The notes: generated by a model not told the origin, from the letters alone. A stretch of DNA of 64,000 nt from Chloroflexota bacterium (GCA_965207915.1 OZ242304.1:1965581-2029580); one strand, 5' to 3'; counted from the stretch's first letter, positions 27,495-37,757 are shown. Program-made: numbers and translations.

Positions 27495-28516
27495 CAGGCG
27501 ATGTCGGCCGGGCGCACCCAGCCGCCGGTGCGCGCCGACTCGTAGATGGCCTGCGCGATCTTGAATTCGGCCAGCGACTGTTCGGGGCCGGCCTGGAGCG
27601 GCTTGCCCTCCAGCACCGCGTCGGCGAAGTCCTCGATTTCGCGCGCAAAAGCGCCGTTGTATCCGGAAGCTTCCATCACCGACCGCCCGTTCGGCGATTG
27701 GGCGTCGAAAAGCCGCAACTGCCCCTCGAATCCGTCGCCGATAGCGATTTCGCCTTCCCGCCCGATGATGCGCCACCAGTCCTGGGGACCGAGCACGCCG
27801 TCGATGTTGAGCGCTTCGAAAACCGCGGTTTTGCCGGATTCGAACCGAAATATGGCCTGGCACTGCGATTCGCCCTGCATCCGGGCAAACGGATACCCGA
27901 TGACCGCGGTTACCGCTTCGACCTCGCCCATCCAATTGCGCAAAGGTCGGATCCAGTGCGAGGAACCGTCCACCACTATCCCGCCGCCGGTTTTCTGCGA
28001 GTCGAAGCGCCAAGGGTTCTCGGCCCGGAACCACTGCGGGTCGTATCCGTAAACGAAATTGGCGCGCGCGGTTACAACCTCGCCAATGACCCCTTCGTCG
28101 ATCAGTTCCTTGGCCCGCACCAATTCGGGCCAGAATTCGCCGTTCTCGGCCACCGAGAACACCACCCCGGCCGCCCCGGCCGCGGCCAGGATCCGATTGC
28201 ACGAGGCCAAGCTGGTGGATATCGGCTTCTCCAGCAGGACGTGTTTGCCGGCTGCGAACGCCTCCAGCGCAAGCGGTTCGTGCAGGTGGTGCGGGACCAT
28301 GATGTCGACCGCGTCGAAGCCTCCGGCGGCGATGGCCTCGGCCAAGCTCTGATAGGGTCGGCCGCCGGTGCGCTCGGCAAAACTCTGGGCCCGCTCCAAT
28401 TCCGGATCGACAAGGGCGGTCACCGCGACTTTTCCGGCGAGCTCGTTCGCGCCGGCCAGGTGATATTCGGCTATCGAGCCGCAGCCGACCAGGGCCAGCC
28501 GCAAACAATCACTCAT
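27494..28516 (-). CDS. Gfo/Idh/MocA family NAD(P)-dependent oxidoreductase
   Basis: N-terminal Rossmann LALVGCGSIAEYHL; EKP motif LLEKPIS; C-terminal alpha/beta domain. Confidence 0.8.
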   Translation of the reverse strand: MSDCLRLALVGCGSIAEYHLAGANELAGKVAVTALVDPELERAQSFAERTGGRPYQSLAEAIAAGGFDAVDIMVPHHLHEPLALEAFAAGKHVLLEKPISTSLASCNRILAAAGAAGVVFSVAENGEFWPELVRAKELIDEGVIGEVVTARANFVYGYDPQWFRAENPWRFDSQKTGGGIVVDGSSHWIRPLRNWMGEVEAVTAVIGYPFARMQGESQCQAIFRFESGKTAVFEALNIDGVLGPQDWWRIIGREGEIAIGDGFEGQLRLFDAQSPNGRSVMEASGYNGAFAREIEDFADAVLEGKPLQAGPEQSLAEFKIAQAIYESARTGGWVRPADIA

Positions 28517-28536
28517 GAGATCGCATCTCCATCGGG

Positions 28537-28830
28537 TTAATTGGGCGGTTCATGATCTTCGTCTTGGCGGTCCAGGATCCGACCGCGCTGTGCCATCCAA
28601 CCGGCCGCGTCCCAGGGTGCGCCCCATAGCCACCACCAAATACGCCGCACCAGTCGCATCGATCCGATCGCCCAGATTACGACGAAGGCCACGAATCCTA
28701 CGCTCAGCGGCCAGATCCACAGCGCCGGAATGACGATGCCGCGCGAATAGAAGATGAAATTCAACCCCATGCCGGCGGCGGCTATCAGGAGTACAGCCGC
28801 CGGCAAACGCAGCCGCGCCCAACCACTCAT
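28537..28830 (-). CDS. Hypothetical small membrane protein
   Basis: 97 aa, 2-3 TM helices, Trp-rich (RIWWWLWGAPWDAAGW). Confidence 0.35.
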   Translation of the reverse strand: MSGWARLRLPAAVLLIAAAGMGLNFIFYSRGIVIPALWIWPLSVGFVAFVVIWAIGSMRLVRRIWWWLWGAPWDAAGWMAQRGRILDRQDEDHEPPN

Positions 28831-28839
28831 CGCGGTAAG

Positions 28840-30873
28840 TTAGTTGGCCTTGGCGCCGGCTGCTTGGCGGCTGCCGTGTTCGAGCATTGCCCGGATTTCG
28901 GCGACCTCGTCGCGTAAATCGGCGGCCCGCTCGAATTCAAGCGCGTCGGCGGCGATGTGCATTTCTTCTTCGAGCCGGGCCATCCGGCGCACCGCCTCGG
29001 CCGGAGTCAGACGAGTCAGATCGGCCCGCTCGCGCCCCTTGCGGACTTCCTGCTTGGCGGGTTGATCCGGATCGAGATTGAGCATTTCGCGAACGTCACG
29101 CAGCCGTTTGCGAACCGATTCGGCGGTAATGCCGTGGGTGCGGTTGTAGGCGACCTGGATTTGGCGCCGGCGGTCGGTTTCGTCGATCGCCCGCCGCATG
29201 CTGCCGGTTACGTAATCGGCGTACATGATCACCGAACCGTCCACGTTGCGGGCCGCTCTACCCATCGTCTGGATCAGCGCTCCTTCCGAGCGCAGGAACC
29301 CCTCTTTGTCGGCGTCCAAGATGGCCACCAGGGTAACTTCCGGCAAGTCGAGCCCCTCGCGCAGCAGGTTTATTCCGACCACGACGTCGTAGGCGCCGCG
29401 CCGCAAATCGTTCAGGATCTCGACCCGCTCAAGGGTATCCACCTCCGAGTGCAGATAGTGAACCTTGATGCCCAGCTCTGCAAGGTATTCGGCCAGCTCC
29501 TCGGCCATGCGCTTGGTGAGGGTGGTCACCAGCGCCCGCTGTCCGCGCTCGGTCCGGGCGTTTATCTCGTTGATCAGGTCGTCGATCTGGCCTTTGGTGG
29601 GCCGCACCGTTACTTTGGGGTCCAGCAGCCCGGTGGGGCGGACGATCTGCTCGACGATTCGCGAGGAGTTCTGATATTCGAATGCGGCCGGCGTGGCCGA
29701 CGTGAATATCGCCTGCTTGACGTGCGCGAGGAACTCATCGTGCGAGAGCGGGCGGTTATCGAATGCCGACGGCAGGCGGAAGCCGTACTCGACTAATGCC
29801 TGTTTGCGAGAGCGGTCTCCGCCCAGCATCGCCCCGACCTGCGGCAGGGAGAGGTGCGACTCGTCTATGACCATCAGGAAGTCGTCGGGGAGGTAATCGA
29901 GAAGCACCCAGGGCGGGTCGCCGGGGCGGCTGCCGGCGATATGGCGCGAGTAGTTTTCGATCCCCGAGCAGTAGCCGACTTCGCGCAGCATCTCGATGTC
30001 GAAGCGGGTTCGTTGCTCCAACCGGGCCGCGGCTAGGACGTTGTCGGCCGCGCGCAGCCGCTGCAGTTGCTCGGTCAATTCGACCTCGATCGATTCGATC
30101 GCCGATTCAATCCGCTCGCTCGGGGCAACGTAGTGACGCGCCGGGTAAATCTCGATCGCATCGTGCTCGGCCAGGATCTCCCCGGTCAGGGTGTCTATCT
30201 GCAGGATCCGCTCGAGCTCGTCGCCGAAGAATTCGAACCGCAGGGCGAAGTCGTCGTAGGAAGGAAAAACCTCAAGCACATCGCCGCGCAGGCGGAAATT
30301 ACCGTGCGTCGGCGCCTGGTCGTTGCGCGCGTACTGCAGGTCGGTCAGCCGCCGCAGCAGCCGGTAGATGTCGTATTCGGCGTCCTTTTTCAGACTTACC
30401 GTCATCTGCCCGTAGTCGACCGGCGATCCGATGCCGTATATGCACGAGACCGAGGCAACGACGATTACATCGCGACGCGAGAACACCGAGCGCGTGGCCG
30501 AGAGCCTAAGCTTCTCGATCTGCTTGTTGATGTCGACCTCTTTGTCGATGTAGGTATCGGTCCGCGCGATGTAGGCTTCCGGCTGGTAATAGTCGTAATA
30601 GGACACGAAATACTCGACGGCGTTTTCCGGGAAGAACTCGCGGAACTCGGAGCAGAGCTGGGCGGCCAGAGTCTTGTTCGGGGCCAGCACCAGGGTGGGA
30701 CGGTTGACCTGCGCAATCACGTTGGCGACCGTGAAGGTCTTGCCCGACCCGGTGACTCCGAGCAGGGTCTGGAATCTTTCCCCGCCGTTGATGCCCTCGA
30801 CAAGCCCGGCGATGGCGTCAGGCTGGTCGCCTGCGGGGGCAAATGGGGCGTGCAGCTTGAATAGATCCATCAT
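28840..30873 (-). CDS. uvrB: Excinuclease ABC subunit B
   Basis: [15 protein letters not shown] Walker A; helicase motifs; the UvrB interaction domain; C-terminal UVR coiled-coil ([15 protein letters not shown]). 677 aa. Confidence 0.95.
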   Translation of the reverse strand: MMDLFKLHAPFAPAGDQPDAIAGLVEGINGGERFQTLLGVTGSGKTFTVANVIAQVNRPTLVLAPNKTLAAQLCSEFREFFPENAVEYFVSYYDYYQPEAYIARTDTYIDKEVDINKQIEKLRLSATRSVFSRRDVIVVASVSCIYGIGSPVDYGQMTVSLKKDAEYDIYRLLRRLTDLQYARNDQAPTHGNFRLRGDVLEVFPSYDDFALRFEFFGDELERILQIDTLTGEILAEHDAIEIYPARHYVAPSERIESAIESIEVELTEQLQRLRAADNVLAAARLEQRTRFDIEMLREVGYCSGIENYSRHIAGSRPGDPPWVLLDYLPDDFLMVIDESHLSLPQVGAMLGGDRSRKQALVEYGFRLPSAFDNRPLSHDEFLAHVKQAIFTSATPAAFEYQNSSRIVEQIVRPTGLLDPKVTVRPTKGQIDDLINEINARTERGQRALVTTLTKRMAEELAEYLAELGIKVHYLHSEVDTLERVEILNDLRRGAYDVVVGINLLREGLDLPEVTLVAILDADKEGFLRSEGALIQTMGRAARNVDGSVIMYADYVTGSMRRAIDETDRRRQIQVAYNRTHGITAESVRKRLRDVREMLNLDPDQPAKQEVRKGRERADLTRLTPAEAVRRMARLEEEMHIAADALEFERAADLRDEVAEIRAMLEHGSRQAAGAKAN

Positions 30874-30958
30874 GTTGCCGGGTGGAGGCCGAAGCAGTCG
30901 ATTTTCGCCTGCACCGCCCGGCGTTCAATCCATCGGAGGTGGGATAATCACCGCGTTG

Positions 30959-31042
30959 GCCGAGGTGGCGGAATTGGCAGACGCGCTAGCTTGAGGGGCT
31001 AGTGATCTTCGGATTGTGCGGGTTCAAATCCCGCCCTCGGCA
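30959..31042 (+). tRNA. tRNA-Leu (anticodon GAG), type II with a long variable arm
   Basis: Acceptor GCCGAGG/CCTCGGC; D-arm GGCGGAATTGGCAGACGC; anticodon stem CTAGC/GCTAG with loop TTGAGGG (anticodon GAG, G37); long variable arm; T-arm GCGGG-TTCAAAT-CCCGC; discriminator A; CCA not encoded. Confidence 0.85.
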
Positions 31043-31057
31043 CCCAAGAGCGCCCCC

Positions 31058-32233
31058 TCACGCCGGCGGGCGGATGGCGCCGAATCGGGCGGGGTCGAAC
31101 AGGTCGATGTCATGCTCGGTGCTGCCCGACGTTGCCAAGTCGGCCAGGATTTCCCCGATCGCGCTGGCGAACTTGAACCCATGCCCGGAGAATCCGGCTG
31201 CGAAAACAACCTGCGGCCAGCGCGGGTCGGCGCCGATTACGAAGTGCCCGTCCGGCGAATTGGTGAACATGCACACTGAGGCATCCAGCGTTCTGCCGGC
31301 GGCCTCCGGAAAGCATCTCCGGGCGACGTCGCGCAGCTCCTCCTCTTCGTCTGGTCGCCGATTCCTGTCCAGGGCATCGGGATCGGCTGGGCCGCTGGCC
31401 AGATCGAACTTGCCGATCTTGAAGCCCGCCCTCTCGAAATCCGGAAACCCGTAGTACTCCACATCATCAAGCGTGAGGATGAAAACCGGGAACCGGCTTG
31501 GCTTAAACCACGACCGGGTCAGGGTTTCGAACCAGACAACTACCTGGCGGGAGGGTACCGCCAGACCCGCCAGTTCGGGCATGATCTGGGATGCCCAGGC
31601 GCCGGCCGTCAGCACCAGGGAGCCGGCGTCGTAGTCTGCGCGGTCGGTGCTGACCCGGACGAAGCCCGCGTGGGCCTCCCAGCCGAGCACCTGTTCGCGT
31701 TCGTGGACGGCGGCGCCCAGTGCGCGGGCGGCCTCGGCGTGCGCTTGGACGCAGCGCTCGGGGGCCAGGAAGCCGCCCTGCGATTGCAGCACCGCCTTGA
31801 ATCCGGACGGCAACCGATACCCCGGATAGCGCGAAGCAAGTTGCGCGCTGGTCAAGACTTCGTGCTCGACCCCCTGCCGACGGCAGGCCGCCAGCGTTTG
31901 CTCGAAGCCGACCGATCCCGGCTCACCGGCGTGCACCGACCCGGTGATGGTAAGCAGGGACTGGCCGGTTTCTGACTCGAGTTGGCGCCAGAGCCGGTAG
32001 GCGCGGCGCCCCAGCGGTACGTATTGGGGTCCTTCGTGAAACGCCAGTCTGATGATCCTGGTTAGCCCGTGCGATGATCCCATCTGGTGTGGAATCTGAA
32101 ATCGCTCCAGGGCCAGCACGCTCCGGCCGCGACGGGCCAGCTGGTAGGCCGCGGCGCTGCCCATCGCCCCGGCCCCGACGACGATTACATCGAAGTGTTG
32201 GGTGCGCAGGCGGTCGGTCAATTCGCCCTCCAC
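31058..32233 (-). CDS. solA: FAD-dependent N-methyl-amino-acid oxidase (monomeric sarcosine oxidase / MTOX family)
   Basis: N-terminal dinucleotide motif DVIVVGAGAMGSAAAYQLA; Cys near the C-terminus (GHGFKF) typical of the MSOX/MTOX covalent flavin family. Confidence 0.7.
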   Translation of the reverse strand: MEGELTDRLRTQHFDVIVVGAGAMGSAAAYQLARRGRSVLALERFQIPHQMGSSHGLTRIIRLAFHEGPQYVPLGRRAYRLWRQLESETGQSLLTITGSVHAGEPGSVGFEQTLAACRRQGVEHEVLTSAQLASRYPGYRLPSGFKAVLQSQGGFLAPERCVQAHAEAARALGAAVHEREQVLGWEAHAGFVRVSTDRADYDAGSLVLTAGAWASQIMPELAGLAVPSRQVVVWFETLTRSWFKPSRFPVFILTLDDVEYYGFPDFERAGFKIGKFDLASGPADPDALDRNRRPDEEEELRDVARRCFPEAAGRTLDASVCMFTNSPDGHFVIGADPRWPQVVFAAGFSGHGFKFASAIGEILADLATSGSTEHDIDLFDPARFGAIRPPA

Positions 32234-32327
32234 GGGGGCCAGGTGTGGATTGGACGTGAATTCTCCTACGCGCGATCCGCATCGACCGCTTCCCCGGGAG
32301 CGTTTTGCCGGCGGCGAGAATCCACCC

Positions 32328-33110
32328 GTGACCAGGGCGCGATTGATCCACCAGCATCCGGCCAGCGCGGCCGGGCGCGTGCGCCAACTGGAATCGGCCG
32401 GTATTGCGGTCGATTATTCGGACACTCCCGATTCGGCGGGACTGCGCCGGCTGGTCGAGAACATTCCTGACGTCTACCTGATCGACCTCGAGCGCCTCCC
32501 ATCGCACGGCCGCGAAATCGGGCTCTGGCTGCGGCGGCGAACATCCACCCGCCGGGTCCCGCTGGTGTTTGCCGGAGGCGCGCCGGAAAAGGTCGAGCGG
32601 GCCAGGGCTCTGCTGCCCGACGCCGCCTTCTGCACCTGGGAAGAAGTAGCGCCGGCCATCGCCGACGCGCTGGCGAATCCGCCGGCCGATCCGATCGTTC
32701 CCGCATCCCAGATGGCCGGTTATTCGGGCACGCCCTTGCCCAAGAAACTCGGCATCAAGGAAGGGTCGGTGGTCGCCCTGATCGATCCGCCAGCGGAATT
32801 CGACCAGATCCTGGGTCCGCTCCCGCCGCGCGCGCGCCTCGTCCACGGGCAGCAGCCTGACGCCGACTTGACGATCTGGTTTTGCCGGGCCCGGGCCGAT
32901 CTCGACGCCCAGGTCGCCACGGTGCGCGAACGCCTGCCCGACGGCGGACGACTTTGGATTGCATGGCCCAAACAGTCTTCCGGGCTCGCATCGGACCTGC
33001 GCCAGGCGGCAGTTCGCGCGGCCGGCCTCGCTTGCGGACTCGTGGACTTTAAGATTTGCGCGATCGACGGAACCTGGTCCGGCCTGCAGTTCGCGCCGCG
33101 CCGCAATTGA
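32328..33110 (+). CDS. Hypothetical protein with a DUF3052-like C-terminal domain
   Basis: RLWIAWPKQSSGLASDL resembles the conserved DUF3052 motif. The start is uncertain: GTG at 32328 is proposed, and the track's ATG at 32202 would overlap solA. Confidence 0.3.
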   Translation: MTRARLIHQHPASAAGRVRQLESAGIAVDYSDTPDSAGLRRLVENIPDVYLIDLERLPSHGREIGLWLRRRTSTRRVPLVFAGGAPEKVERARALLPDAAFCTWEEVAPAIADALANPPADPIVPASQMAGYSGTPLPKKLGIKEGSVVALIDPPAEFDQILGPLPPRARLVHGQQPDADLTIWFCRARADLDAQVATVRERLPDGGRLWIAWPKQSSGLASDLRQAAVRAAGLACGLVDFKICAIDGTWSGLQFAPRRN

Positions 33111-33230
33111 TCCGCGGAAAGCAGTGATTGGCGGGCAGATCGCGCCGCCCGCCCTGCAAAGCCACTTGGGCCATACTTGCTGCGGCCATCGGCCTGCTCA
33201 ATCTCCCTGCTGCTGCGGTAAGACCTGACC

Positions 33231-34223
33231 ATGACTGAATCCGGGCTGGCGATCTGGACCGGCGGATTGCATCGCCTTTTCGATCGCGTGCATGCGGTCC
33301 GCGGCGTCGACATCGCCGTCGCCCCGGGCGAGATCTACGGATTTCTCGGCCCCAACGGGGCCGGCAAGACGACTACGCTCCGGGTTCTTACCACCCTGCT
33401 CCTACCGAGCGCGGGGCGGGCAAAGGTGGCCGGTTTCGATGTTGTTTCCGACGCCGCCCGGGTCCGCCTCAAGATCGGGACCGCGCTCCAGGACGTCGGG
33501 CTCGATCCCAAGCAGACCGGGCTCGAACTTCTGCGCCTGCAGGGGTATCTCTACGGTCTATCGCGCCGCGACGCCAACCGCCGGATAGCCGAACTCGAGC
33601 ATCTGATCGACATTGGGGACGCGATAAAGCGCCTGATCGGAACCTATTCGGGCGGCATGAAGCGGCGCCTCGACCTTGCTGCGTCGCTGATACATTCCCC
33701 CGAGATTCTTTTCCTGGACGAACCGACCACGGGCCTGGACCCTATTTCACGGGCGCGCGTGTGGGAGCACATCCGCTCGGTCAATCGCGAGTTGGGCGTG
33801 ACGATCTTCCTGACCACGCAATACCTCGAGGAGGCCGATGCCCTTGCCGACCGGGTTGGAATCATCGACGAGGGCGTTCTGGCGGTGGAGGGAACTCCGC
33901 GCGAGCTCAAGCGGGACATCGGATCGGACGTGATCGTGGTCAGCGTGGACGATCCCGTAATCGCCCTGAAAACGCTTCAAGGCCTGCCCTGGGCAGGGCA
34001 GATCGACACCTTTGGCCACGAACTGTCGGTGGCCGCCCCGGGCGGTTCGCGTCAGATCAGCGAAGTAGCCATCGCCCTGGCCCAGGCGGGGGTGGCGGTG
34101 GATGCGCTTACCCTTCGCACTCCCACCCTGGACGACGTTTTCCTGCACGTTACCGGGGCGCGGATGTCGGGCGGAGCCGAACCGGCGGCGCCGGCGAAAC
34201 TCGAATCGGTGGGCGGACATTGA
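33231..34223 (+). CDS. ABC transporter ATP-binding protein (DrrA-like, ABC-2 exporter)
   Basis: GFLGPNGAGKTTTLRVL, YSGGMKRRLDLA, LFLDEPTTGLD. Confidence 0.85.
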   Translation: MTESGLAIWTGGLHRLFDRVHAVRGVDIAVAPGEIYGFLGPNGAGKTTTLRVLTTLLLPSAGRAKVAGFDVVSDAARVRLKIGTALQDVGLDPKQTGLELLRLQGYLYGLSRRDANRRIAELEHLIDIGDAIKRLIGTYSGGMKRRLDLAASLIHSPEILFLDEPTTGLDPISRARVWEHIRSVNRELGVTIFLTTQYLEEADALADRVGIIDEGVLAVEGTPRELKRDIGSDVIVVSVDDPVIALKTLQGLPWAGQIDTFGHELSVAAPGGSRQISEVAIALAQAGVAVDALTLRTPTLDDVFLHVTGARMSGGAEPAAPAKLESVGGH

Positions 34224-35020
34224 CGACCGCCGAGAGGGTTGTGGCCCGCCCCGCCGGGTTCTGGCGCGACCTGGCCAGCCTGGGCGAGCGGGCGATCCGG
34301 TCGATTCCCCGCGACCCGGAAACCCTTGTCGGAGCCCTGATCGTGCCGGCGTTCTTCTTTTTGATCAACGTCGGCGCCCTCCAGGACCTGACCGAGGGAT
34401 TCCCGGGTGCGGAAGGCTTTGACTACAAGGCCTTCCAGATCCCGGTGGCGATCCTGTTTGCGGTCACCGGACTCAGTCGCGCCAACATCCTGGTCCTGGA
34501 CATCCAGGGCGGCTACTTCGACCGGCTCGCGGTCACCCCGGTCAATCGCCCCGCAATGATGCTGGGATTCATGGTGGCCGACATGGTGCTGGCGGTGGTG
34601 ATGACGATTCCGGTCCTGATTCTTGCGCTGGTTGTGGGGGTGGAATTCAAGACCGGCGTGCCGGGGGTGATCGCGTTGCTGGTGCTGACCGTCTGCTGGA
34701 CGGCCATTTACAACGGATTCCCCTACTCGATCGCTCTGAAAACCGGCAATCCGGCGGCCGTCAACACCAGCTTCATAATCTTTTTCCCGGTCGTATTTCT
34801 CAGCCCGGTATTCGTTCCACAGGAGGCCATGACCGGCTGGATGGCCACAATCGTTACCTTCAATCCGGTGACCTATCTGCTCCAGGGAATGCGCTCACTG
34901 GTCAGCGAGGGCTGGGTGATTTCCGACATCCTGGGCGCGATTGCCGGAATAGCCGCTATCGGGCTGATCACCTTCCCGCTGGCCACCTGGGCGCTGTTGG
35001 GCCGGATTCGCCGCAAATAG
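34220..35020 (+). CDS. ABC-2 family transporter permease
   Basis: 6 TM helices. A TTG start at 34220 overlaps the ATPase stop (TTGA). 266 aa. Confidence 0.75.
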   Translation: MTTAERVVARPAGFWRDLASLGERAIRSIPRDPETLVGALIVPAFFFLINVGALQDLTEGFPGAEGFDYKAFQIPVAILFAVTGLSRANILVLDIQGGYFDRLAVTPVNRPAMMLGFMVADMVLAVVMTIPVLILALVVGVEFKTGVPGVIALLVLTVCWTAIYNGFPYSIALKTGNPAAVNTSFIIFFPVVFLSPVFVPQEAMTGWMATIVTFNPVTYLLQGMRSLVSEGWVISDILGAIAGIAAIGLITFPLATWALLGRIRRK

Positions 35021-35085
35021 GGCCCCGGTTGGCCGGACAATTGATATCATTTAGCCAGCACAATGCCATCACATCGGTGCTCCCA

Positions 35086-35328
35086 ATGCCGAATATTTCC
35101 GTCCGCGATGTGCCCGAGGCGGTGCACCTGGCTTTGAAGGCAGAAGCGCGCCGCAACCGGCGCAGCCTCAATCGCGAAATCCTGAATCGGCTGGAGGACT
35201 CGCTGGCGCGCGAGCCCCGCGACTCCGAGGCGCTGCTTGAGCGAATCCGTTTGCGCAAGCGCGTGATCGGGCCGATCGCGGCCGGTCCGGAGATCGTGCG
35301 GGAGTTGCTGGACGCCGGCCGACGATGA
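35086..35328 (+). CDS. vapB: Ribbon-helix-helix antitoxin (VapB/FitA-like)
   Basis: MPNISVRDVPEAVHLALKAEARRNRRSLNREILNRLE is an Arc/RHH fold signature. It overlaps the PIN gene by 4 nt. Confidence 0.65.
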   Translation: MPNISVRDVPEAVHLALKAEARRNRRSLNREILNRLEDSLAREPRDSEALLERIRLRKRVIGPIAAGPEIVRELLDAGRR

Positions 35329-35720
35329 TCGTTGTCGATGCCAACGTGGTTATTGATCTGCTGCTCGACGTGGATTCGGGGCGTGACTCTGAAGAATTGT
35401 TCACGAGGGATCCGGACTGGGTGGCTCCGCGACTGTTATCCAGTGAGTTGAGCAACGTTTTGGTCGGATTCGTGCGGCGGAATCTGCTGGAACCCGCGGC
35501 GGCTGCAGAGGTTATCGGCGATGCCGAAGCGATATTTGACGGCCGTCTGGTTGAGGTGTCTGCGTCCGCCGCGATGGCGGCCGCGCTTGAATCGGGACTG
35601 AGTGCTTGCGACGCCGAATACGTGGTCGCGGCGCGCGCGCTGGGAGTGCGGCTGGCCACTCGGGACGGAAAGATTCTGCGAACCGCGCCCGACGTCGCGG
35701 TTGCGCCCGCGGCGGCCTGA
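35325..35720 (+). CDS. vapC: PIN-domain toxin VapC
   Basis: MIVVDANVVIDLL with the conserved acidic residues (D5, E40-like, D95-like AEYVVAARALG, TRD near the C-terminus). 131 aa. Confidence 0.75.
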   Translation: MIVVDANVVIDLLLDVDSGRDSEELFTRDPDWVAPRLLSSELSNVLVGFVRRNLLEPAAAAEVIGDAEAIFDGRLVEVSASAAMAAALESGLSACDAEYVVAARALGVRLATRDGKILRTAPDVAVAPAAA

Positions 35721-35811
35721 TCGGGGTTTCGAAACCGGGTTGAACGTCACAGGGGACGATTCGATCGGACCTCAAACCGGTTCATTGCGCTGAAGCCGGG
35801 GCGCTCGCCCT

Positions 35812-36306
35812 TCAATCCAAGGCGGTATCCAGGATCGCGTCGCGATCGGCTCGCCGCGCTGAATTGAGGGCTTCGGCCAGCGATTCGTCGTGCAGGGCCA
35901 GGATCTGGACGGCCAACAGGGCCGCGTTGTGGGCTCCGGCCTTCCCGATCGCCAGCGTGCCGACCGGGATCCCGCGCGGCATCTGCACCGTTGAGAGAAG
36001 CGAGTCGAGTCCGTCCAGGGCCCAGCCCGGCATGGGGACTCCCAGCACCGGACGGACGGTCTGCGCGGCCACCGCGCCGGCCAGATGGGCCGCCCCGCCG
36101 GCGGCGGCAATGAAAACCTGCACCCCGCGCCGTTCGCAGGACCGTATCCATTCAACCGTGTCGTCCGGGGTTCGGTGAGCGGAAAGGACGCGCGCCTCGA
36201 AGGCGATTCCGAATTTCTCCAGCTGCTGGGCAGCGCTCTGCATGACCGGCCAATCGGACTTGGACCCGAAGACCACGCCAACCTGAAGAGTTTTTTGCTC
36301 GGACAT
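35812..36306 (-). CDS. purE: N5-carboxyaminoimidazole ribonucleotide mutase
   Basis: VGVVFGSKSDWPVMQ, SAHRTPD, AAGGAAHLAG motifs. Confidence 0.9.
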   Translation of the reverse strand: MSEQKTLQVGVVFGSKSDWPVMQSAAQQLEKFGIAFEARVLSAHRTPDDTVEWIRSCERRGVQVFIAAAGGAAHLAGAVAAQTVRPVLGVPMPGWALDGLDSLLSTVQMPRGIPVGTLAIGKAGAHNAALLAVQILALHDESLAEALNSARRADRDAILDTALD

Positions 36307-37740
36307 CTACTGACCTTGTGCTAGTGAGAATCCGGGATTTCCGTCATAGGTGTAAAGGTTCGCCGCCGAGACGAAATCGATGCCGGCGGCGCCCAGGCGG
36401 GCGAGCAGCTGGGCTATTTCTTCGTGCGAGGCGGGATCGCGCTCAAAGCGGCAGCGCCAGTGTTCGGAGACTATGGCGTCGCTCGAATCACCCGGCCAGA
36501 CCTTCAGGCCGCGGTTATCGATAACCGTCAGTTCGAATCCCTGGCCGAGCGGCTTTACCCTGCCGGCCAGCTCGCTCGGCGCGGCGCCATCCCAGTCGAC
36601 GAAGACATCGACTCCGACTATCTTTTTGGCTGGCCGAGTTACTGCCGTGGCCGCGGCCACGGCGCCCTCCTCGGGATCTCCGAATTTGGAAGGGCCGAAC
36701 CGCTGCGGACGGCTACCGATCCGCTCGATGACCGCATCGGCGAATTCGCGGGTGCCGACCTTGCGCGAACTGCGCTCCTTCGAGTACATGTCGTAGGTGT
36801 GCACGCCGTCCTCGATGGTCGCCAGCCAGGCGTCGCGAACCCTTGCCGCCACCTGCCCCTGGCCGATGTGGACCAGCATCAGGATCGCGCCGTGCAGCAA
36901 CCCCGAAGGGTTGGCCAGATTCTGTCCGGCGCGGCGCGGTGCCGATCCGTGGATCGCCTCGAACATGGCGCATTCGGCCCCCACGTTGGCCGATCCGCCC
37001 AGACCGACGCTGCCGGCTATCTGGGCCGCGATGTCGGAGAGGATGTCGCCGTAAAGGTTCGGGGTAACGATCACGTCGAATACTTCGGGCGTGTCGGCCA
37101 GCTTGGCCATGCCTATGTCGACTATCCAGTGTTCGTTCTCGAACTCCGGGTATTCGGCGGCCACTTCGTCGAACACGCGATGGAAGAGGCCGTCGGACAT
37201 CTTCATGATGTTGTCTTTGGTAAAGCAGGTCACCTTGCTGCGCCCGAACCGCCGGGCATATTCGAACGCGTAACGGCAGATTCGTTCGGACCCGGAGCGC
37301 GAGATCAGCTTCAGGGACTGCGTCACGCCGGCGGTGGGTCGATGTTCAATTCCGGCGTAGAGATCCTCCTCGTTCTCGCGGACGATCACCACGTCCATGC
37401 CGGGATGCTTGGTTGCGACGAAGGGGTCGTAGGCGACGGCCGGGCGGACGTTTGCGTAAAGACCGAGGGCTTTGCGGATCGTGACGTTCATGCTCTTGAA
37501 GCCGCCGCCCTGCGGAGTGGTTATCGGGGCTTTCAGGAAGACCTTGGTGCGCCGCAGCGATTCCCACGATCCGTCCTCGATTCCGGCGGTGAATCCGCGC
37601 AGGTAAACCGGCTCGCCGACAACGATCTCTTCAATCTCGAGCCGGGCGCCGGCGGCATCTAATATGCGAAGCGTTGCGTCCATGATTTCGGGGCCGATAC
37701 CGTCCCCGTGGGCAACCGTTATCGGGACGTTGGATGACAA
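36307..37740 (-). CDS. icd: Isocitrate dehydrogenase (long form, ~477 aa, with a C-terminal extension)
   Basis: Isocitrate/isopropylmalate DH family motifs (TVAHGDGIGPEI, NLYGDILSD, GSVGLGGSANVG, HGSAPRRAGQ) plus ~70 extra C-terminal residues. Confidence 0.9.
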   Translation of the reverse strand: MSSNVPITVAHGDGIGPEIMDATLRILDAAGARLEIEEIVVGEPVYLRGFTAGIEDGSWESLRRTKVFLKAPITTPQGGGFKSMNVTIRKALGLYANVRPAVAYDPFVATKHPGMDVVIVRENEEDLYAGIEHRPTAGVTQSLKLISRSGSERICRYAFEYARRFGRSKVTCFTKDNIMKMSDGLFHRVFDEVAAEYPEFENEHWIVDIGMAKLADTPEVFDVIVTPNLYGDILSDIAAQIAGSVGLGGSANVGAECAMFEAIHGSAPRRAGQNLANPSGLLHGAILMLVHIGQGQVAARVRDAWLATIEDGVHTYDMYSKERSSRKVGTREFADAVIERIGSRPQRFGPSKFGDPEEGAVAAATAVTRPAKKIVGVDVFVDWDGAAPSELAGRVKPLGQGFELTVIDNRGLKVWPGDSSDAIVSEHWRCRFERDPASHEEIAQLLARLGAAGIDFVSAANLYTYDGNPGFSLAQGQ

Positions 37741-37757
37741 GCGCGGCTCCGTTGGGT

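Noticed and set aside
26628-28508. 626-aa minus-strand ORF
   Set aside because: It is a merger: only its C-terminal 288 aa (from MARLGVVGGG at 27494) form a coherent MBL-fold protein. The upstream part overlaps the Gfo/Idh/MocA gene in another frame.
30900-30958. Possible promoter for tRNA-Leu (TTCAAT ... GATAAT)
   Set aside because: The GATAAT hexamer sits about 14 nt before the tRNA 5' end, which is appropriate. The best upstream -35-like hexamer gives only a 13-nt spacer, so the promoter call was not made.
35722-35739. GGTTTCGAAACC 12-bp palindrome immediately after the vapC stop
   Set aside because: It is hairpin-capable but lacks a U-tract and lies between convergent genes. It is too weak to call a terminator or a binding site.
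36424-37662. 412-aa plus-strand ORF
   Set aside because: It is antisense to the isocitrate dehydrogenase gene.
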